A stretch of DNA of 64,000 bases from Phoronis australis (GCA_002633005.1 NMRA01000406.1:347746-411745); one strand, 5' to 3'. Shown: positions 13,601 through 26,578, counted from the first letter of the stretch. The notes: generated by a model not told the origin, from the sequence alone. Numbers and translations are program-made.

Positions 13601-16600
13601 TTTTATTTGCAATGCCATGGCGACCAGTCAACAGATGATTGGCAGGTAAGCATCATATCTTGAACTGCGCCAAAACGTGAGATAGACCGCTTCGCTAGCT
13701 CGCTGGTGTGTTTATCATCAGTTTGTAGCACATACAGGAACTCAAGTTTGGTTTACGAATGCACTTGAAGCAGCTAAATATTAAGAAAAATAATAAATTT
13801 TAAAGTAAAAAATAGCATGCTGATGACATACCGCCAAGTCTACAGCCAAGTCTTCACGAATGCCCAACTCAGAGCAGGATTCAGGCACAAAATCACACAA
13901 GAGCAACGCAGAGCGTTGAAATGCGCCCACAATTGCACCACATACGGTATCCTTCTAGGGTTGTTTATTGGTACCATAAAGTGGCCAGTAGAGGGCATAT
14001 ATGTAGTATGTTGTACTTTGCAAAATGGAAAGGCATGGTCATTGTCTCCTCAATAGGCAAGGGGCAAAATGTGAGTGATCTTCATAATACAAGCACATCC
14101 TATACATCAGTTGCTTAAAGCACCACAGAAACATAGAATTAAAAACAAATTTACCAACATACGAGATTAGCACAGCATTAGAATGCCAGAAACAAATTTC
14201 TACTTGGAACTTTTCNNNNNNNNNNNNNNNNNNNNNNNNNNNNNNNNNNNNNNNNNNNNNNNNNNNNNNNNNNNNNNNNNNNNNNNNNNNNNNNNNNNNN
14301 NNNNNNNNNNNNNNNNNNNNNNNNNNNNNNNNNNNNNNNNNNNNNNNNNNNNNNNNNNNNNNNNNNNNNNNNNNNNNNNNNNNNNNNNNNNNNNNNNNNN
14401 NNNNNNNNNNNNNNNNNNNNNNNNNNNNNNNNNNNNNNNNNNNNNNNNNNNNNNNNNNNNNNNNNNNNNNNNNNNNNNNNNNNNNNNNNNNNNNNNNNNN
14501 NNNNNNNNNNNNNNNNNNNNNNNNNNNNNNNNNNNNNNNNNNNNNNNNNNNNNNNNNNNNNNNNNNNNNNNNNNNNNNNNNNNNNNNNNNNNNNNNNNNN
14601 NNNNNNNNNNNNNNNNNNNNNNNNNNNNNNNNNNNNNNNNNNNNNNNNNNNNNNNNNNNNNNNNNNNNNNNNNNNNNNNNNNNNNNNNNNNNNNNNNNNN
14701 NNNNNNNNNNNNNNNNNNNNNNNNNNNNNNNNNNNNNNNNNNNNNNNNNNNNNNNNNNNNNNNNNNNNNNNNNNNNNNNNNNNNNNNNNNNNNNNNNNNN
14801 NNNNNNNNNNNNNNNNNNNNNNNNACTAAAAATGGCCACTAGGTGGCGCAAACTATGTCGAATCCATCTGAAAACGGCAGGATAGCGTCATCTCACTAAT
14901 AGGTGCCTACATACCATATTTCATGAAAATCCGTTCAGGACTTTTGAAGATACAAAGGTAAGCGTAAAAAACTAAAATTGCCACTAGGGGGCACACCGGT
15001 AGACGGATCCGTCCGAAAGTTCGCACATGCCGTCCCATTCATGAATGGACCATATGTGCCAAATTTCATGAACATATGTCAAAGGGTTTTGGAGATAGAG
15101 CAGCAGACGCCGGACACCGGACGAACGCCGCCCGTACGGACGGACGGATGGAGATGACGGCATAATGCGTCCACATATAAATATGTGGGCGCATAAAAAT
15201 GAATCCGTCAAGTGTTGTTCTTTCACATTAATTCAAAATTTCCTTTTTTAGACCTTACATGAAAAAGTACTTAGGTCACCTGATCCATGTGGCAGTAGGA
15301 GTTGACAAGTTCTTGTAATAAGAACACATCCATCTGATTGGCTAGGTCACACTCCTTATATGGAAACGACCCTTTAACAAGCAGCCAGTGGAAGCAGCTG
15401 ATGATGTCATTTCCTCCATAGTTCAAGCAAACACTGTTCAAAGAAAAGATAAAACAAAACTTGATAAATTACATCATTCCTATGTTGGTCTTTTGATCCA
15501 TAGAAGAACATAGCAACATATCATTCAGTAAAACAGTCTGCTGCATCAGTCTCGAGTTTTCTTAACCAGGAAACTTTAGTTTACATCAAAAATATTTCTT
15601 GTGAAAATGGTCCTCTCTCAAAGAAAATGACGGTCATGTAAAATCATTTGGGTGCTCAAAAGGTTCAACTAAGCTCAGTTATGACTAGTATCTGAATTAA
15701 CAGCAAAACCAAGCAGTAAACCGAGAAAGGATAGACAGTATTTTACAAAGTGCAATTTCATGCAATTTCAAACCTATTAGTGTCTCCCACATACCGACTT
15801 TCTTTAATCGAGATTCCATCCTCTACACAAGATATGCTGGTCTTTTCAGCACCAATGTCAATAACACATGCACCCGATATTCCTGCTCCAAACGTAGCGC
15901 ACACAGACTCCTGAAAGAAGACACATGGATGGGTAATTAAAAATCAGTTATAGAGATAAATGTTCACAAGATGAAGTCCTGTGAAGCTGGGTCTTGTTCA
16001 GCAATTGACTACAGTGTCATACTACTTTATGACAAAAGGAAATCACTCACAAGATATTGAAAATATATCAAGTTACAAATGGCTTGAGCAAATGGCTTGT
16101 TGGAGAGAACAAAACAGCAACATGCAAATAATATAACAACAAACAGTTACTGCAAATAACCTGATGTTAAATGTTTCTGAAAAATATCATAACCTGTGGC
16201 CATATTCTCAGATTTCCTTAAGTTAAGATTTTTCTGAATTTGTGACATTGTTCTTTACATCTTTTGACAATTTCCTTTTTAATATTAAGCCTTTACCAAT
16301 CTTAAGAAAAAATTTAAAATATCCTTGTGTCTCAAAATTTTCCTTATCTAGTTAAGATTTTCTTCACCTTTTCCCCTAACTGTAAGAAGGCTCGACATCT
16401 CCTTACATATTTCAGGAAAATCTTAAGTCACCTCGATTTTTCTCGTGAATTTTCAGTCAAAAAATAGGAATGTTTGTATCAACAGACACTGAAAAGGTTT
16501 GTATGTGTTGGTTAGTACTGAAAATGGCTCATCAGATATTGTTCAATGTTTTCTACAGAAACCATAAACCCTCCATCACATCAACAGAACAATCAGATGA

Positions 16601-19600
16601 TGTCAGATATCAAAGCAAGTAAACACATGCCAGTCTAATAAGAAATGAAGAAATCAGAGGAAAGAAACATCAGCAGTCGCACTGTGAAACAAAATACAGT
16701 TCAATCCTTCGGGCGCATCAGGTTTGTCCCTCGGGATCGGCCCATGCCAAACTTACCTGAACAGCAATAGCGCCTCCAAACTTGAGTCTGTCTAGCAGCA
16801 ATGTCATCAGATGTTTCACGTGTTGATGAATCACCACATCAGGAATGAGAAGTATAGCTCTGTAATGCTGAACACAAAATAACTGTACTGTATCACTATG
16901 TCGGCAACGGAAAGTGCAACATACTGTGTAGTGCTTAAAACAAACTAACAATAGTAAACAAAAACCAGCGTTCCTTCCCCAAGTTCCAGCAAGCAACAAC
17001 ATTCCCTTCATGGTACTATCTCGAGCAGGATGGAGCAGTCCTCATACATGACGATGATCCCTGAGTGATGTATAATATTGTTGGATCAAGTCAGGGAACA
17101 CCAAACAAATGATGCAGTGTACATAAAATTAAGTTGAAAAATCTTGAAATGTAAACACAGCTTAGTTAGGAGACATCCTGGTATCACAAAGAGTGTGGTA
17201 CAACTGTGGTAGTAAACTTTCAAATAATTGCCATAACAACATACTTGAAGCAATTAGAGGACTTACTTTCAAATCTTTGATAGGAATATCCAGATGGGCT
17301 TGCAAGGCCACGCACCAGATTGTCTCGAGATCCTGCAGAACAGCCATTAGAGTGCCCCCCGGTCCATCATGTAGGTTCAATTGTCCATGTTTCATGGGCC
17401 ACTTAACTGTGTAACTCTCCATAGGATTGATGTACAGTGCCTGGTAAATGATGGATACTCTAACTAGTACATACCATGAACCACAAACTTCTTTCATGAT
17501 CACCAACCGGTCAATAATAATAATTAACATTAGTAGTAGTTGTCAGTTTCTCTTGCCAGAATTAAGCTACCCAAACAACATGGCTCTCGCATAAATGAAG
17601 ATAGCTGCACACTCATGAACACGCTTCACGCATTTGAAAACTCGGTTGACTGTGTGATTAACATAGTCCTGCACTCACAAAATATGGCTAATGCACCCAA
17701 GAAGCATGATGCCTAGACTGCAAACATGTCTCATGGACCCCAAATACAGCGTGTGGAAAAAATCTACACTTTTCAGCTTCCACAGGGCAACATAGAGGCA
17801 AATGCATTTGGTGATGTCAAAGGACTACCAACAGCTTCAAAGACAACTGCAAGAATCTAAGTCAAAATCAACTGCCAGAATCTAGGTCAAAATCACTGAC
17901 GGAGATACTTTTGCTACGTCTGGTGCATCTGAACTATTGCATTCATTCTGCAGTTTTCTGGACACCTTCTTCAATTGATTGTACAATTCTCTCATCTAGT
18001 TTGAAAAGTTGAGCTCCACGTTTGGAAATAAATAAAAAGTTTCTTTTATTGCCTTCACTCAGTTTTTTTCTCAGAAGCCTGGGCAACTTACTTAGGGCTG
18101 TTCCAGCAAAATCTGTATGGGAGGGGGGGGAGGCACTTTTATTTCGTACCCACCGCCCATATTTTTCATTTATTTCTCCAACCCATGACCTATAATTTTT
18201 TAATTATTTTTAATAGGTTAAAATATAAAATCCAACACTTTCAAACAAACTGCCTCCAAGAGGACCTGTTAAGAACTTGATTGACAGACAAGAACTAGTT
18301 GTCTTGTCCAATATTGTCAAAAACTAAAGTAGCCTGTGAGCAATACTTTTGGCAGCCACCAGGTGTCTCTGTTCACCATGTGTCTATAATTTCAATGAAC
18401 ATTTTTTCAATTACAAGGATCTATGAATCTCAAACTGTCTCCACGATATCTTTTATACTTCTATGTTAAGTGAATATTGGAACTTGTTTATCTTACTTTT
18501 CATAATTTTTATTTAAAAATCATCAATTTTCTTATATGTGTTAACACCAGTTTAGTGTTGCATAACTTTTCAATTCAATAGGACTGCAGACTAACAGCTG
18601 GCTCAAATCAAGTTGCCCATGACTTGATTAATGGCTAAGTGAACATATTGCACTCTGTTCACTGGCAATATGGGCTTTTTTGTATTGGCTTGTTTTGAGT
18701 TTTGAGGGCTGAAGTAATCAACCTGTCAACATTAACAGGACAAAAAATACCACCCAGTTTTAATGCATCACTTCTTACAGGAACGACCACCCATAATTTG
18801 TGTTTTTTTCTGAAGACCACCACCCATGAATTTTTATTTCTACTGCCGTCCCCCCCTCCCACACGGATTTTACAGGAACAGCCCTTACTGAGGCTATAAA
18901 CAATCTGCTAATGGAGGTGTATTCCTAAACGTGTTTCCAATAGTGTAAATACAAACAAATGGCGTGTGTATGACAATGAGCAAGCTGTACATAATATGAG
19001 CCCACCAGACATGTTCGTGGTCTAGAAGCTGCGCTTTTTGGGTGCACAAGCCATGTTTTGTGAGTGCGGAGCTGTGTTTAAGAGTCCGTGAACTAAGCTT
19101 ATGTCTGTGAAACATCTTCATGAATGCTGGGTTGTTTGGGTAGCCTGAGAATAGAAAAAAACAAGATCAATGTTATTTCAAATCACAATTCCAACTAGTA
19201 ATCTCAACCAATTCATGTACATAATATGTGCAGCTGCACAGCATGGATGGCATGAACCAATATTGGAGAACAAAGCGCATAAAAAACTACAACATAATCT
19301 TTAATTAGTTCAAATGTGTCACTGAACATTAATGTAGTCTTCTGATGACGTTGTGGCTCAAAATGACAATAACTGATAACATTATCTAAATCAAAAAATG
19401 AAAATGTTATTGTTAAAATATACACAATATTCAAGGTGACGTAACTAGAAGAAAACTGCCAATAAAGAAAGTTGCAATGGCTACAGAACTCTATGCTAAT
19501 TCTCTGTGACAAAGCAAAACAGCCAAATTCCAAGAAGTTTATTCAAAGTGTATTCGGTTGAGTGATAGAGAAGACATACCTCCTGCCCGACGATGTACTG

Positions 19601-22600
19601 TGGTGCATGACTCACATTCGTCCAGTTCAGCGGGGATGTCACATCAGTGCGCTCACCTGTTACCTTCCTGTTGAGAGATGTCACCTCCTTGAACGATGTT
19701 GCTTTACGCAGTTCTCCATTTGACGTCAATCTGCAACAAAATGAGAAACACTTGACCTGAAGTCACTTTTAACTCAATCTGCAGTCATTTTGAACTAAAT
19801 CTACAGTCATTTTGAACTCGACCGCAGTCATTTTTATTTTAATACATAATTTCATTTTCCAACAAAAACATGTCAAATGTGACTTCGTGTTGATATTAGG
19901 ACTAATAAATAGAAAAAAATTAACTCGGCTTATTCCCAGGCACTTGAGTTGCTTTAGAACTAATGTGACACTAAGGCGTCATAACCTCAGTAGCGTACCC
20001 TCACTGTATCATACACTACACCTACCTGTACCTGCTTCGGTCTCAGCATGGTCACAACCTCAGTGGACTACCCTCAATGCATCATACACTATACCTACCT
20101 AGATATGATGGCCTCCTGTACCTGCTTCAGTCTCAGCATGGTCACAACCTCAGTGGACTACCCTCACTGCATCATAAACTATACCTACCTGGATGTGATG
20201 GCCTCCTGTGCCTGCTTCAGTCTCGGCATGGTCACAACCTCAGTGGAGTACCCTCACTGCACCATACACTATACCTACCTGGATGTGATGGCCTCCTGTG
20301 CCTGCTTCAGTCCTACTTCTCTCTGCTCTTTAATGTCTTTGTGCTGCCATTCACGTCTAAAAACAACACTCAGCTTAATAGAAGTATCAGATTACATAGG
20401 CGTTGAAATAGTTGACAACTTTTCAGTTTTGGTTCGGTTATCTGTTCACAGTTTAATTTTTTTCTCAGAAAAGTAAGACAAACACCAAACCTACCCAGAA
20501 AAGTTAAGTGTATTTTACACTGTCATACACTCTAAAAACTAGCCATAACATTACCTAGCTGGACACTTACAAAAGAAATTTTGTTTGTATGTGACTGTAA
20601 CTCATGCAATTGTTTTAAGGTGTTTAAATAAGCCACTCACTAAAATTGAAAAAGTATCCACAGTGTTGTCAAAAAAGTATAATTTTTCCATAATGGATGG
20701 CGATGATTTTCGGTTGGCACTGCCTAGTGGCAGTTTTGTTTTTTAAGTTAGTGGTTTATCTCCTATGGGACTCCGTTAAAATGTGATTTTCACCAAAAAA
20801 GAATATTTTCAATAAAAGTATAAAGTGGCAGCACTGAATAAGGCTCTTGAAATTTTTAATAGTTTGTAGTAGTAGAGTTGGTTGTTAACTTGAGCAACTT
20901 CAGTCAATTGTACAGCCAAGCAGTGCTAACTAACCATGCTGGTGCACTTTACATCTAGCAACAGAGTAGGGACAACCCCAGACCACAACTGAGACATGGC
21001 GAATTGCAATGTTTACACTAACACTTAAAGTTGACTTTTGTGTCTTCCATTTCTGTCATTTTGATACCAAAATTCAACCTTATTTACTGCATTGCTACAG
21101 TTAGAATCCCAATATACTTATTTACATTTGATGTCCATAAAGTAGCTTTTCAGTTAAAGCTCTTGCTATAGACCTCACAGAGTCAAAGAAGCTAACCACA
21201 GGCTAAAACTGGCCTGAATATTAAAATTCCCTTCTGCCATTAGAAAAGGTTTCAGGTCTTAGAAGATTTGACAGATCATTATTGCTAGCAATAATTCTTG
21301 AACTACACAATAATCACCAGCTATGACAAGCCAGCTTGTTGAGCATAATCTATCAATCATTCTTGGCATACACAACGACCAGCTATGACAAGCCAGCTTG
21401 TTGAGCAGTCTACCAATCAGTCTTGACATACACAATGACCAAACACGACAAGCCATCTTGTTGAGCAGTGTACCAATCATATTTGGTACAAAAAATGACC
21501 AGTCATGACAAGCCAGCTTGCTGAGCGTAGTCTGGTCAATCATTCTTGGCATACAAGGATGGCAAATCCATTTCTAACCAGTGAATTAGTGTCAGGCGTG
21601 GCCAACAGCCTATATACTGACCTCAACAACTTTTCGCACTTGTGTCCACCTTTAGTCTTCAGTTTCTGTCTCCATGCAATACAGTGTGGCACTGTGATAG
21701 GAAAGCTGTCAGATGCCTTGCCTATACGAAGATTCTCAGAGCCAGGATGGATCACAACTATTGCTGTCCCCTGTATTGGCTGCAAAGCATAGACAGTTAA
21801 ATGGTTTTGTTTCAAACTAACCATCACTTAGAGTAGACAATGTTACTACATCACAGTGTCTCAATACAAAGAGTCAGTATTTGTTTACTAACTAATGATA
21901 GTTCCACAAATTTAGCTGCAGAATGATACATTGCAACGGTAATTTAGTTAGTAACTTGCATTACTCAAGAAAGAATGTAATTTTTAATGGCATAATTTTG
22001 AGTCAGATTTCATTTGGCTATTTTTTCACCAGGCTATTTTTTCACCCACATTGTTCCAAAGCTCTATACTTATACAGTTTATGACAAGGATAGTCAGTGC
22101 TAATGTCTAGTTGGTATACCAATTAACCAAACCTGAATTCAAGCAAGGTTAACATTTTATTTACCCTACATGACACTTCAATTGCACATCAAATATTAAC
22201 CTACACACATTGAAATTATGATCACACTAAGAAATTTATCTGCACAAATCAGGGCTTGGAATGACCCATGACAAAAAAAGAGGAAAATTTTCCAGGTGAT
22301 GTATCGTTCCACAAATAAAGAGGCTTGCGTGATAGAAGTGTTTAACAGGTTGTAAAATTTAAATGAAATTAACGTTTTTGCATGAATAAAGTCAAAATAA
22401 TGATAAAAACGAGACGGAAAAAAGGAAACTGGAAATCAAATAAGAGGAAATTGAAACCAAAAGAGGAAATCCTCCTAACAGAGAAAAATTCCAAGCCCTA
22501 AGAAATGATACGGCAGATATAACTGAATGGAAATCAAGCCCTTTGAAATTCACTCGCAGATTTGACATTTTACAATTCACTTGTCACTCCACCATTTGCA

Positions 22601-25316
22601 TTTCCCACCTAGCGGAGAACTTGCGAACTAATTAAGGAATTCATTTGCCTCATTCAAGTCTGTACTAATTAAGACATCATTACATCAAAAATTATGTGCA
22701 TAAGATGGCAGACAACTTGATTCGTCAATGTTTCAAAGAGGTGAAAAGAAGCCAAATGTAACCAAGTAAGACTGTTATGGTGCCATTTACTTAATGGAAT
22801 TTGATATATTTTTAACATGCTCAACAAGTATTTTGCCCCATACAAGGAATTTCTTCTGACTCTGACTCTAGGCATTGTCCATCCACTGCAGGATGCAGTC
22901 CTCCGACAATGCCTTCCAATTTGTCCCGTCTCTTGCCGCTTTCATCCACGTTGTGCCTCTTGTCTTCACGATGTCATCTCTCCATCTGGTTTGGGGCCGT
23001 CCTCTTGATCTCTTTCCATATCTGGGTTGCCACTCTGTGCCTCTTTTTGTCCATCTAATGTCCTGTGCTCTGGCGATGTGTCCGCCCCACCTCCATTTCA
23101 ATTTCAGAATTGTATTAAGTCCATGACTCCTGTTTGTTCCCTTATCTCTGTGTGTGGAATCCTGTCTAGTAACTTTATTCCAAGCATTTTTCTCTCCACT
23201 GCTCTCTGTGTTGTTCTTAGCTTGGCAATTGTCTGTTTTGTTAAGGTCCATGTTTGGCATCCATAGGTGATTGTGGGGATGATGCACTGGTCAAATACTT
23301 TTCTTTTCAGGGATATGGGTATGTTCTTATTTTGGAATATTTCTCTGTTTTTTCCAAAGCAACTCCATCCAGCTCATATTCGGAATTGTATTTCATTGGT
23401 CATACGGTTTCCCATTTGTATAGTTTGTCCCAGGTATTTATATTGTTTGACTCTTTCAATGATCTTGTTCTCCACCATTACCTGTTCATCTGTTTCAAAA
23501 TGTGTCATGTACTTTGTCTTGTCCTTGGACAAGGACAAGGACAATTTCTTCTGGTTTCAGTCTAATTCACAGAATCTGGGAAATATTTTTTGATGGACAT
23601 TCATCTCCGTTTTAGCGGATGGTGTATTAGGCAACAAGTAACCCGTACTCGGCTGTACGCTTTCAGCGTCCACAGGCAATGTATTTTCCAGTGATGATGT
23701 ATTGGTGATTGGTGAAACATTGCGCACGAAGTGGACTTGATGGTCAGTATGATATGCCGGTTAATAAAAGAACACCATATTTCTGTACAAGAAACTATCT
23801 ATCAGAACGTTTTATTCTGTGATCGCATCAATATATATACAAAAGTAGCATGCCCATATAAGGCAAAAATACAGCAAAACCGCATTCCAAGTCTAGAGGA
23901 TTAATTATTTCTCATACAACAAATTTCTTATACAACTCTTATGCAATTCTTCTACAGCAATCTCTTATGCGATTCTTATACAATTTCTTATGCAATTTAT
24001 AGTACATCATGGAGATCATCCTCCAACATGATGTACAGCCTTAAGCTAAGCACTTAATGACTTATATGACATCATATCTCCTGGCATGAGCAGTGTAAAA
24101 ATGGCCAGTTGCTGATTTGGGTAACTAAATGAATGACTGTTAAAAAAACTTTGATTTTGGGAGAATATGTTTGAGCTAGAAGAGTTGAAAGACATCAACA
24201 TTCCTCAACACGAAAAGGAACTTAAAGCAACATGACATTGATGGTTTAATCAGTGTGATGCATTATTGGCTGAAAAGCTTTCTGCGTATGGAGGGCCTAT
24301 GGGATGATATTCTCTAATACAGCCAGTTAAGACGGTGGTACTGTCTACTGTCTACCTAGGCAATTACATCGCACTGCATGCCGCAGGCATAAAGGGGCGA
24401 CAATGCATCTTCACAAAAAGTTATCAATTTCAAAATATAGGAAATAAAATCAAATGAAACATGCATATATGCACATGGAGTTATAATTAACACATACTAT
24501 AAGATTGGAGACAATTCATTCAAGATAATTTGAACAAATCAATGAAAATCAGTCGCGGTTTGCTGGAGTTTCTGTAACCAGGTGCCATTTTGAGAAAGTT
24601 ATGTGAAATCACGCATGTTTTAAGTTGACGAAAAAAGTCCAAGGGAAACAAGTCTTACAAATTTCACCCGATAACTTGCCATGCTATTTTTCAAGTGTCA
24701 CGCCGGCCAGCGTTATGCCCTTCACTCGATCAGTATTGCGCTATAGCCTTTGCCTAACTCACGTGACTCAGTTGAAATACTTTGTGGTTATCACGCGCGT
24801 GGTGAAAATGTTAACGATGACCAAAAAGTGGAGTTGGAATTCTTCGCCAAAGACAAGTTACTTTAATTGTCGTAGCTATACTTCTTCAAAGATATGTGTA
24901 GAAGTACAAAGCCAAAGCCAAAGGAACACTGAACTAGAAAGTAAGTGGGTTTTTTAACTCATAGTTTTACCTGTAGAATGTATTTTTGACGGAGTGAAAA
25001 CTTTCAATCTGTGACCGAGTTTGGCCTGCTTACCATTTAAAATACACGGGACGAAATTTGTACAGAAAGCGATGGGAAGTATTGTAGCCCCTAACTTAGT
25101 AACTAACCGGCCTAGTGGCTAGAGTCTTCCCTAGTAATAAATAGTAGTAGTGTGAAGTCAGCCGAGGCTGCTATTAGTTAGTATTAGAGGTGGGTAGGCG
25201 ACTTTGCAGATGGACCAACTAAGATCCCACAATAGCAACCAAAAAACAAACCGTACATCTGGTTGTACTTCTGGTAAAGTCTGGGTGATGGGTCGTTTTC
25301 CAGCAGTGGGCGGCAT
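10505..25316 (-). CDS. ACTR8: Actin-related protein 8 (INO80 complex subunit), 12 exons, ~593 aa: 25257-25316, 21622-21779, 20279-20356, 19580-19730, 17267-17440, 16757-16867, 15795-15910, 15280-15433, 13021-13257, 12175-12409, 10942-11105, 10505-10648
   Basis: All exons are GT-AG and phase-consistent; total 1782 nt. Motifs match recalled ACTR8: KRPI N-terminus, IVVIHPGSENLRIG, WPMKHGQLNLHDGPGG, ESVCATFGAGISGACVIDIG, LGLDQAVLYSI, and C-terminus WKGASVLSCLDTTQELWI...LRERSSFLW*. Confidence 0.95.
10942..11105 (-). CDS. ACTR8: ACTR8 exon 11
   Basis: NDELKKRLYSTLLVVGGGLTFHGVQGWLQ...VFTRPK; AG/GT boundaries. Confidence 0.93.
11150..11265. repeat. Short tandem repeat (~22 bp, TATATCCCTGTATACATGTCTAGA-like) in an ACTR8 intron
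   Basis: About 5 degenerate copies. Confidence 0.65.
12175..12409 (-). CDS. ACTR8: ACTR8 exon 10
   Basis: SARLNAAKKKE...LLGLDQAVLYSISQSG; tttAG acceptor, GTGAGT donor. Confidence 0.9.
13021..13257 (-). CDS. ACTR8: ACTR8 exon 9
   Basis: DLFGVDQ...GDERLLAPLAVFHPDLLG...DPDDPWDSSYLAQTQSKQEQ. Confidence 0.92.
13897..15199. mobile_element. Non-autonomous Helentron/HINE (DINE-1/Pearl-like) element spanning the N gap
   Basis: One end ACAAGAG + hairpin CAACGC-AGA-GCGTTG + ATGCGCCCACA. Other end has a (GGAC)n microsatellite and hairpin ATGCGTCCACATAT-AA-ATATGTGGGCGCAT containing the inverted subterminal repeat. Internal ~145-bp repeats. Related partial copy at ~35708-36200. Confidence 0.6.
15280..15433 (-). 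CDS. ACTR8: ACTR8 exon 8
   Basis: VCLNYGGNDIISCFHWLLVKGSFPYKECDL...YCHMDQ. Confidence 0.92.
15795..15910 (-). CDS. ACTR8: ACTR8 exon 7
   Basis: ESVCATFGAGISGACVIDIGAEKTSISCVEDGIS. Confidence 0.95.
16757..16867 (-). CDS. ACTR8: ACTR8 exon 6
   Basis: HYRAILLIPDVVIHQHVKHLMTLLLDRLKFGGAIAVQ; GTAAGT donor. Confidence 0.93.
17267..17440 (-). CDS. ACTR8: ACTR8 exon 5
   Basis: ALYINPMESYTVKWPMKHGQLNLHDGPGGTLMAVLQDLETIW...IPIKDLK; GTAAGT donor. Confidence 0.94.
18095..18884. mobile_element. PIF/Harbinger-type (Tourist-like) MITE, 790 bp
   Basis: TIR GGGCTGTTCCAGCAAAATCTGTATGGGAGGGGGG vs inverted GGGCTGTTCCTGTAAAATCCGTGTGGGAGGGGGG; TTA target duplication at 18092-18094 and 18885-18887. Confidence 0.85.
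19580..19730 (-). CDS. ACTR8: ACTR8 exon 4
   Basis: LTSNGELRK...WTNVSHAPQYIVGQE; GTATGT donor. Confidence 0.9.
19980..20310. repeat. 90-bp minisatellite (3 full + 1 deleted copy) built from the ACTR8 exon 3 3' end plus donor site
   Basis: Units start at 20041, 20131, 20221. Confidence 0.9.
20279..20356 (-). CDS. ACTR8: ACTR8 exon 3
   Basis: REWQHKDIKEQREVGLKQAQEAITSR; phase 2-2; ttttAG acceptor, GTAGGT donor. Confidence 0.8.
21315..21555. repeat. ~60-bp minisatellite x4 (GACCAGCTATGACAAGCCAGCTTGTTGAGCAGT...)
   Basis: Four aligned copies in ACTR8 intron 2. Confidence 0.85.
21622..21779 (-). CDS. ACTR8: ACTR8 exon 2
   Basis: PIQGTAIVVIHPGSENLRIGKASDSFPITVPHCIAWRQK... Confidence 0.92.
22859..23542 (-). 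mobile_element. 5'-truncated RTE-like LINE (RT C-terminus) in ACTR8 intron 1
   Basis: YKYLGQ...KRKVFDQCIIPTITYGCQTW...LKWRWGGHIAR...KRSRGRPQTRWRDDI with stop/frameshift; short (TCAGAG)n tail; 11-bp TSD AATTTCTTCTG at 22848-22858 and 23543-23553. Confidence 0.88.
25257..25316 (-). CDS. ACTR8: ACTR8 exon 1 (copy A)
   Basis: MPPTAGKRPITQTLPEVQPD|GTACGG donor, phase 0 into exon 2. Confidence 0.8.
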
Positions 25317-26578
25317 GACTTTGTAGAGCGTTTTACAACTCCTCTTACCAAGAAGTTTTTGTGTCCACCGATAGTACAACTGTTACGTTAGCGCTTCCTA
25401 GTGGTGGATGATTGAACTAAAATTCGCAACGTTCCCAACCCTTTGCCGTGCTACTTGTACCTGATTCTGGTGCAGTCACAACAATACCTTCTCAATAACG
25501 ATTGCATGTTTAAAGATAAGTAACCGGCACCTATGTGCCTGGAAACCTGAATCAAATGCAAGCAATAGAAGCCTATAGTAATTAATTTTGACATTTTATG
25601 GGCACACAAAGATGTCTGCTAAACTTTGCTACTGCTAGTGTTGACAGTTTTGGATTAATGTCTACGTGGAGTGAGTGTGTTGATACATGTCAATGAATAC
25701 CACATACTTGTCATTTTATCAACTGTGTTTATAGTGTTCTACATGTAAATAGGCTTGAATTCTCTGTAACCATGGATCATAAGCAGGGCTTCATCCAGGA
25801 TTTCGAACATAGGGTGTCCAAAATGGGTTCCCAATAATATATTCCAGGGCGTCCATGACCATGATTCCAATGACGCATTNTTTCTGTAACCAGGTGCCAT
25901 TTTGAGAAAGTTATGTGAAATCACGCATGTTTTAAGTTGACGAAAAAAGTCCAAGGGAAACAAGTCTTACAAATTTCACCCGATAACTTGCCATGCTATT
26001 TTTCAAGTGTCACGCCGGCCAGCGTCATGCGCTTCACTCGATCAGTATTGCGCTATAGCCTTTGCCTAACTCACGTGACTCAGTCAAAATACTTTGTGGT
26101 TATCACGCGCATGGTGAAAATGTTAACGATGACCAAAAAGTGGAGTTGGAATTCTTCGCCAAAGACAAGTTACTTTAATTGTCGTAGCTATACTTCATCA
26201 AAGATATGTGTAGAAGTACAAAGCCAAAGCCAAAGGAACACTGAACTTCTGAAGTCTAGAAAGTGGGTTTTTTAACTCATAGTTACCTGTAGAATGTATA
26301 TTTGACGGAGTGAAAACTCTCAATCTGTGACCGAATTTGGCCTGCTTACCGTTTAAAATACACGGGACGAAATTTGTACAGAAAGCGATGGGAAGTATTG
26401 TAGCCCCTAACTTAGTAACTAACCGGCCTAGTGGCTAGAGTCTTCCCTAGTAATAAATAGTAGGCCTACTAGTGTGAAGTCAGCCGAGGCTGCTATTAGT
26501 TAGTATTAGAGGTGGGTAGGCGACTTTGCAGATGGACCAACTAAGATCCCACAATAGCAACCGAAAAACAAACCGTAC

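Noticed and set aside
14039-14851. Long ORFs spanning N runs (also 39579-40761, 53595-53814, 58934-59862)
   Set aside because: Artefacts of translating assembly gaps.
20048-20476. + strand 142-aa and 109-aa repetitive ORFs
   Set aside because: By-products of the 90-bp minisatellite, antisense to ACTR8 exon 3.
24625-26275. Duplicated 110/112-aa + strand ORFs (MTKKVQGKQ...)
   Set aside because: Non-ATG starts, no recognisable homology, lie in ACTR8 intron 1; duplicated only because the segment is.
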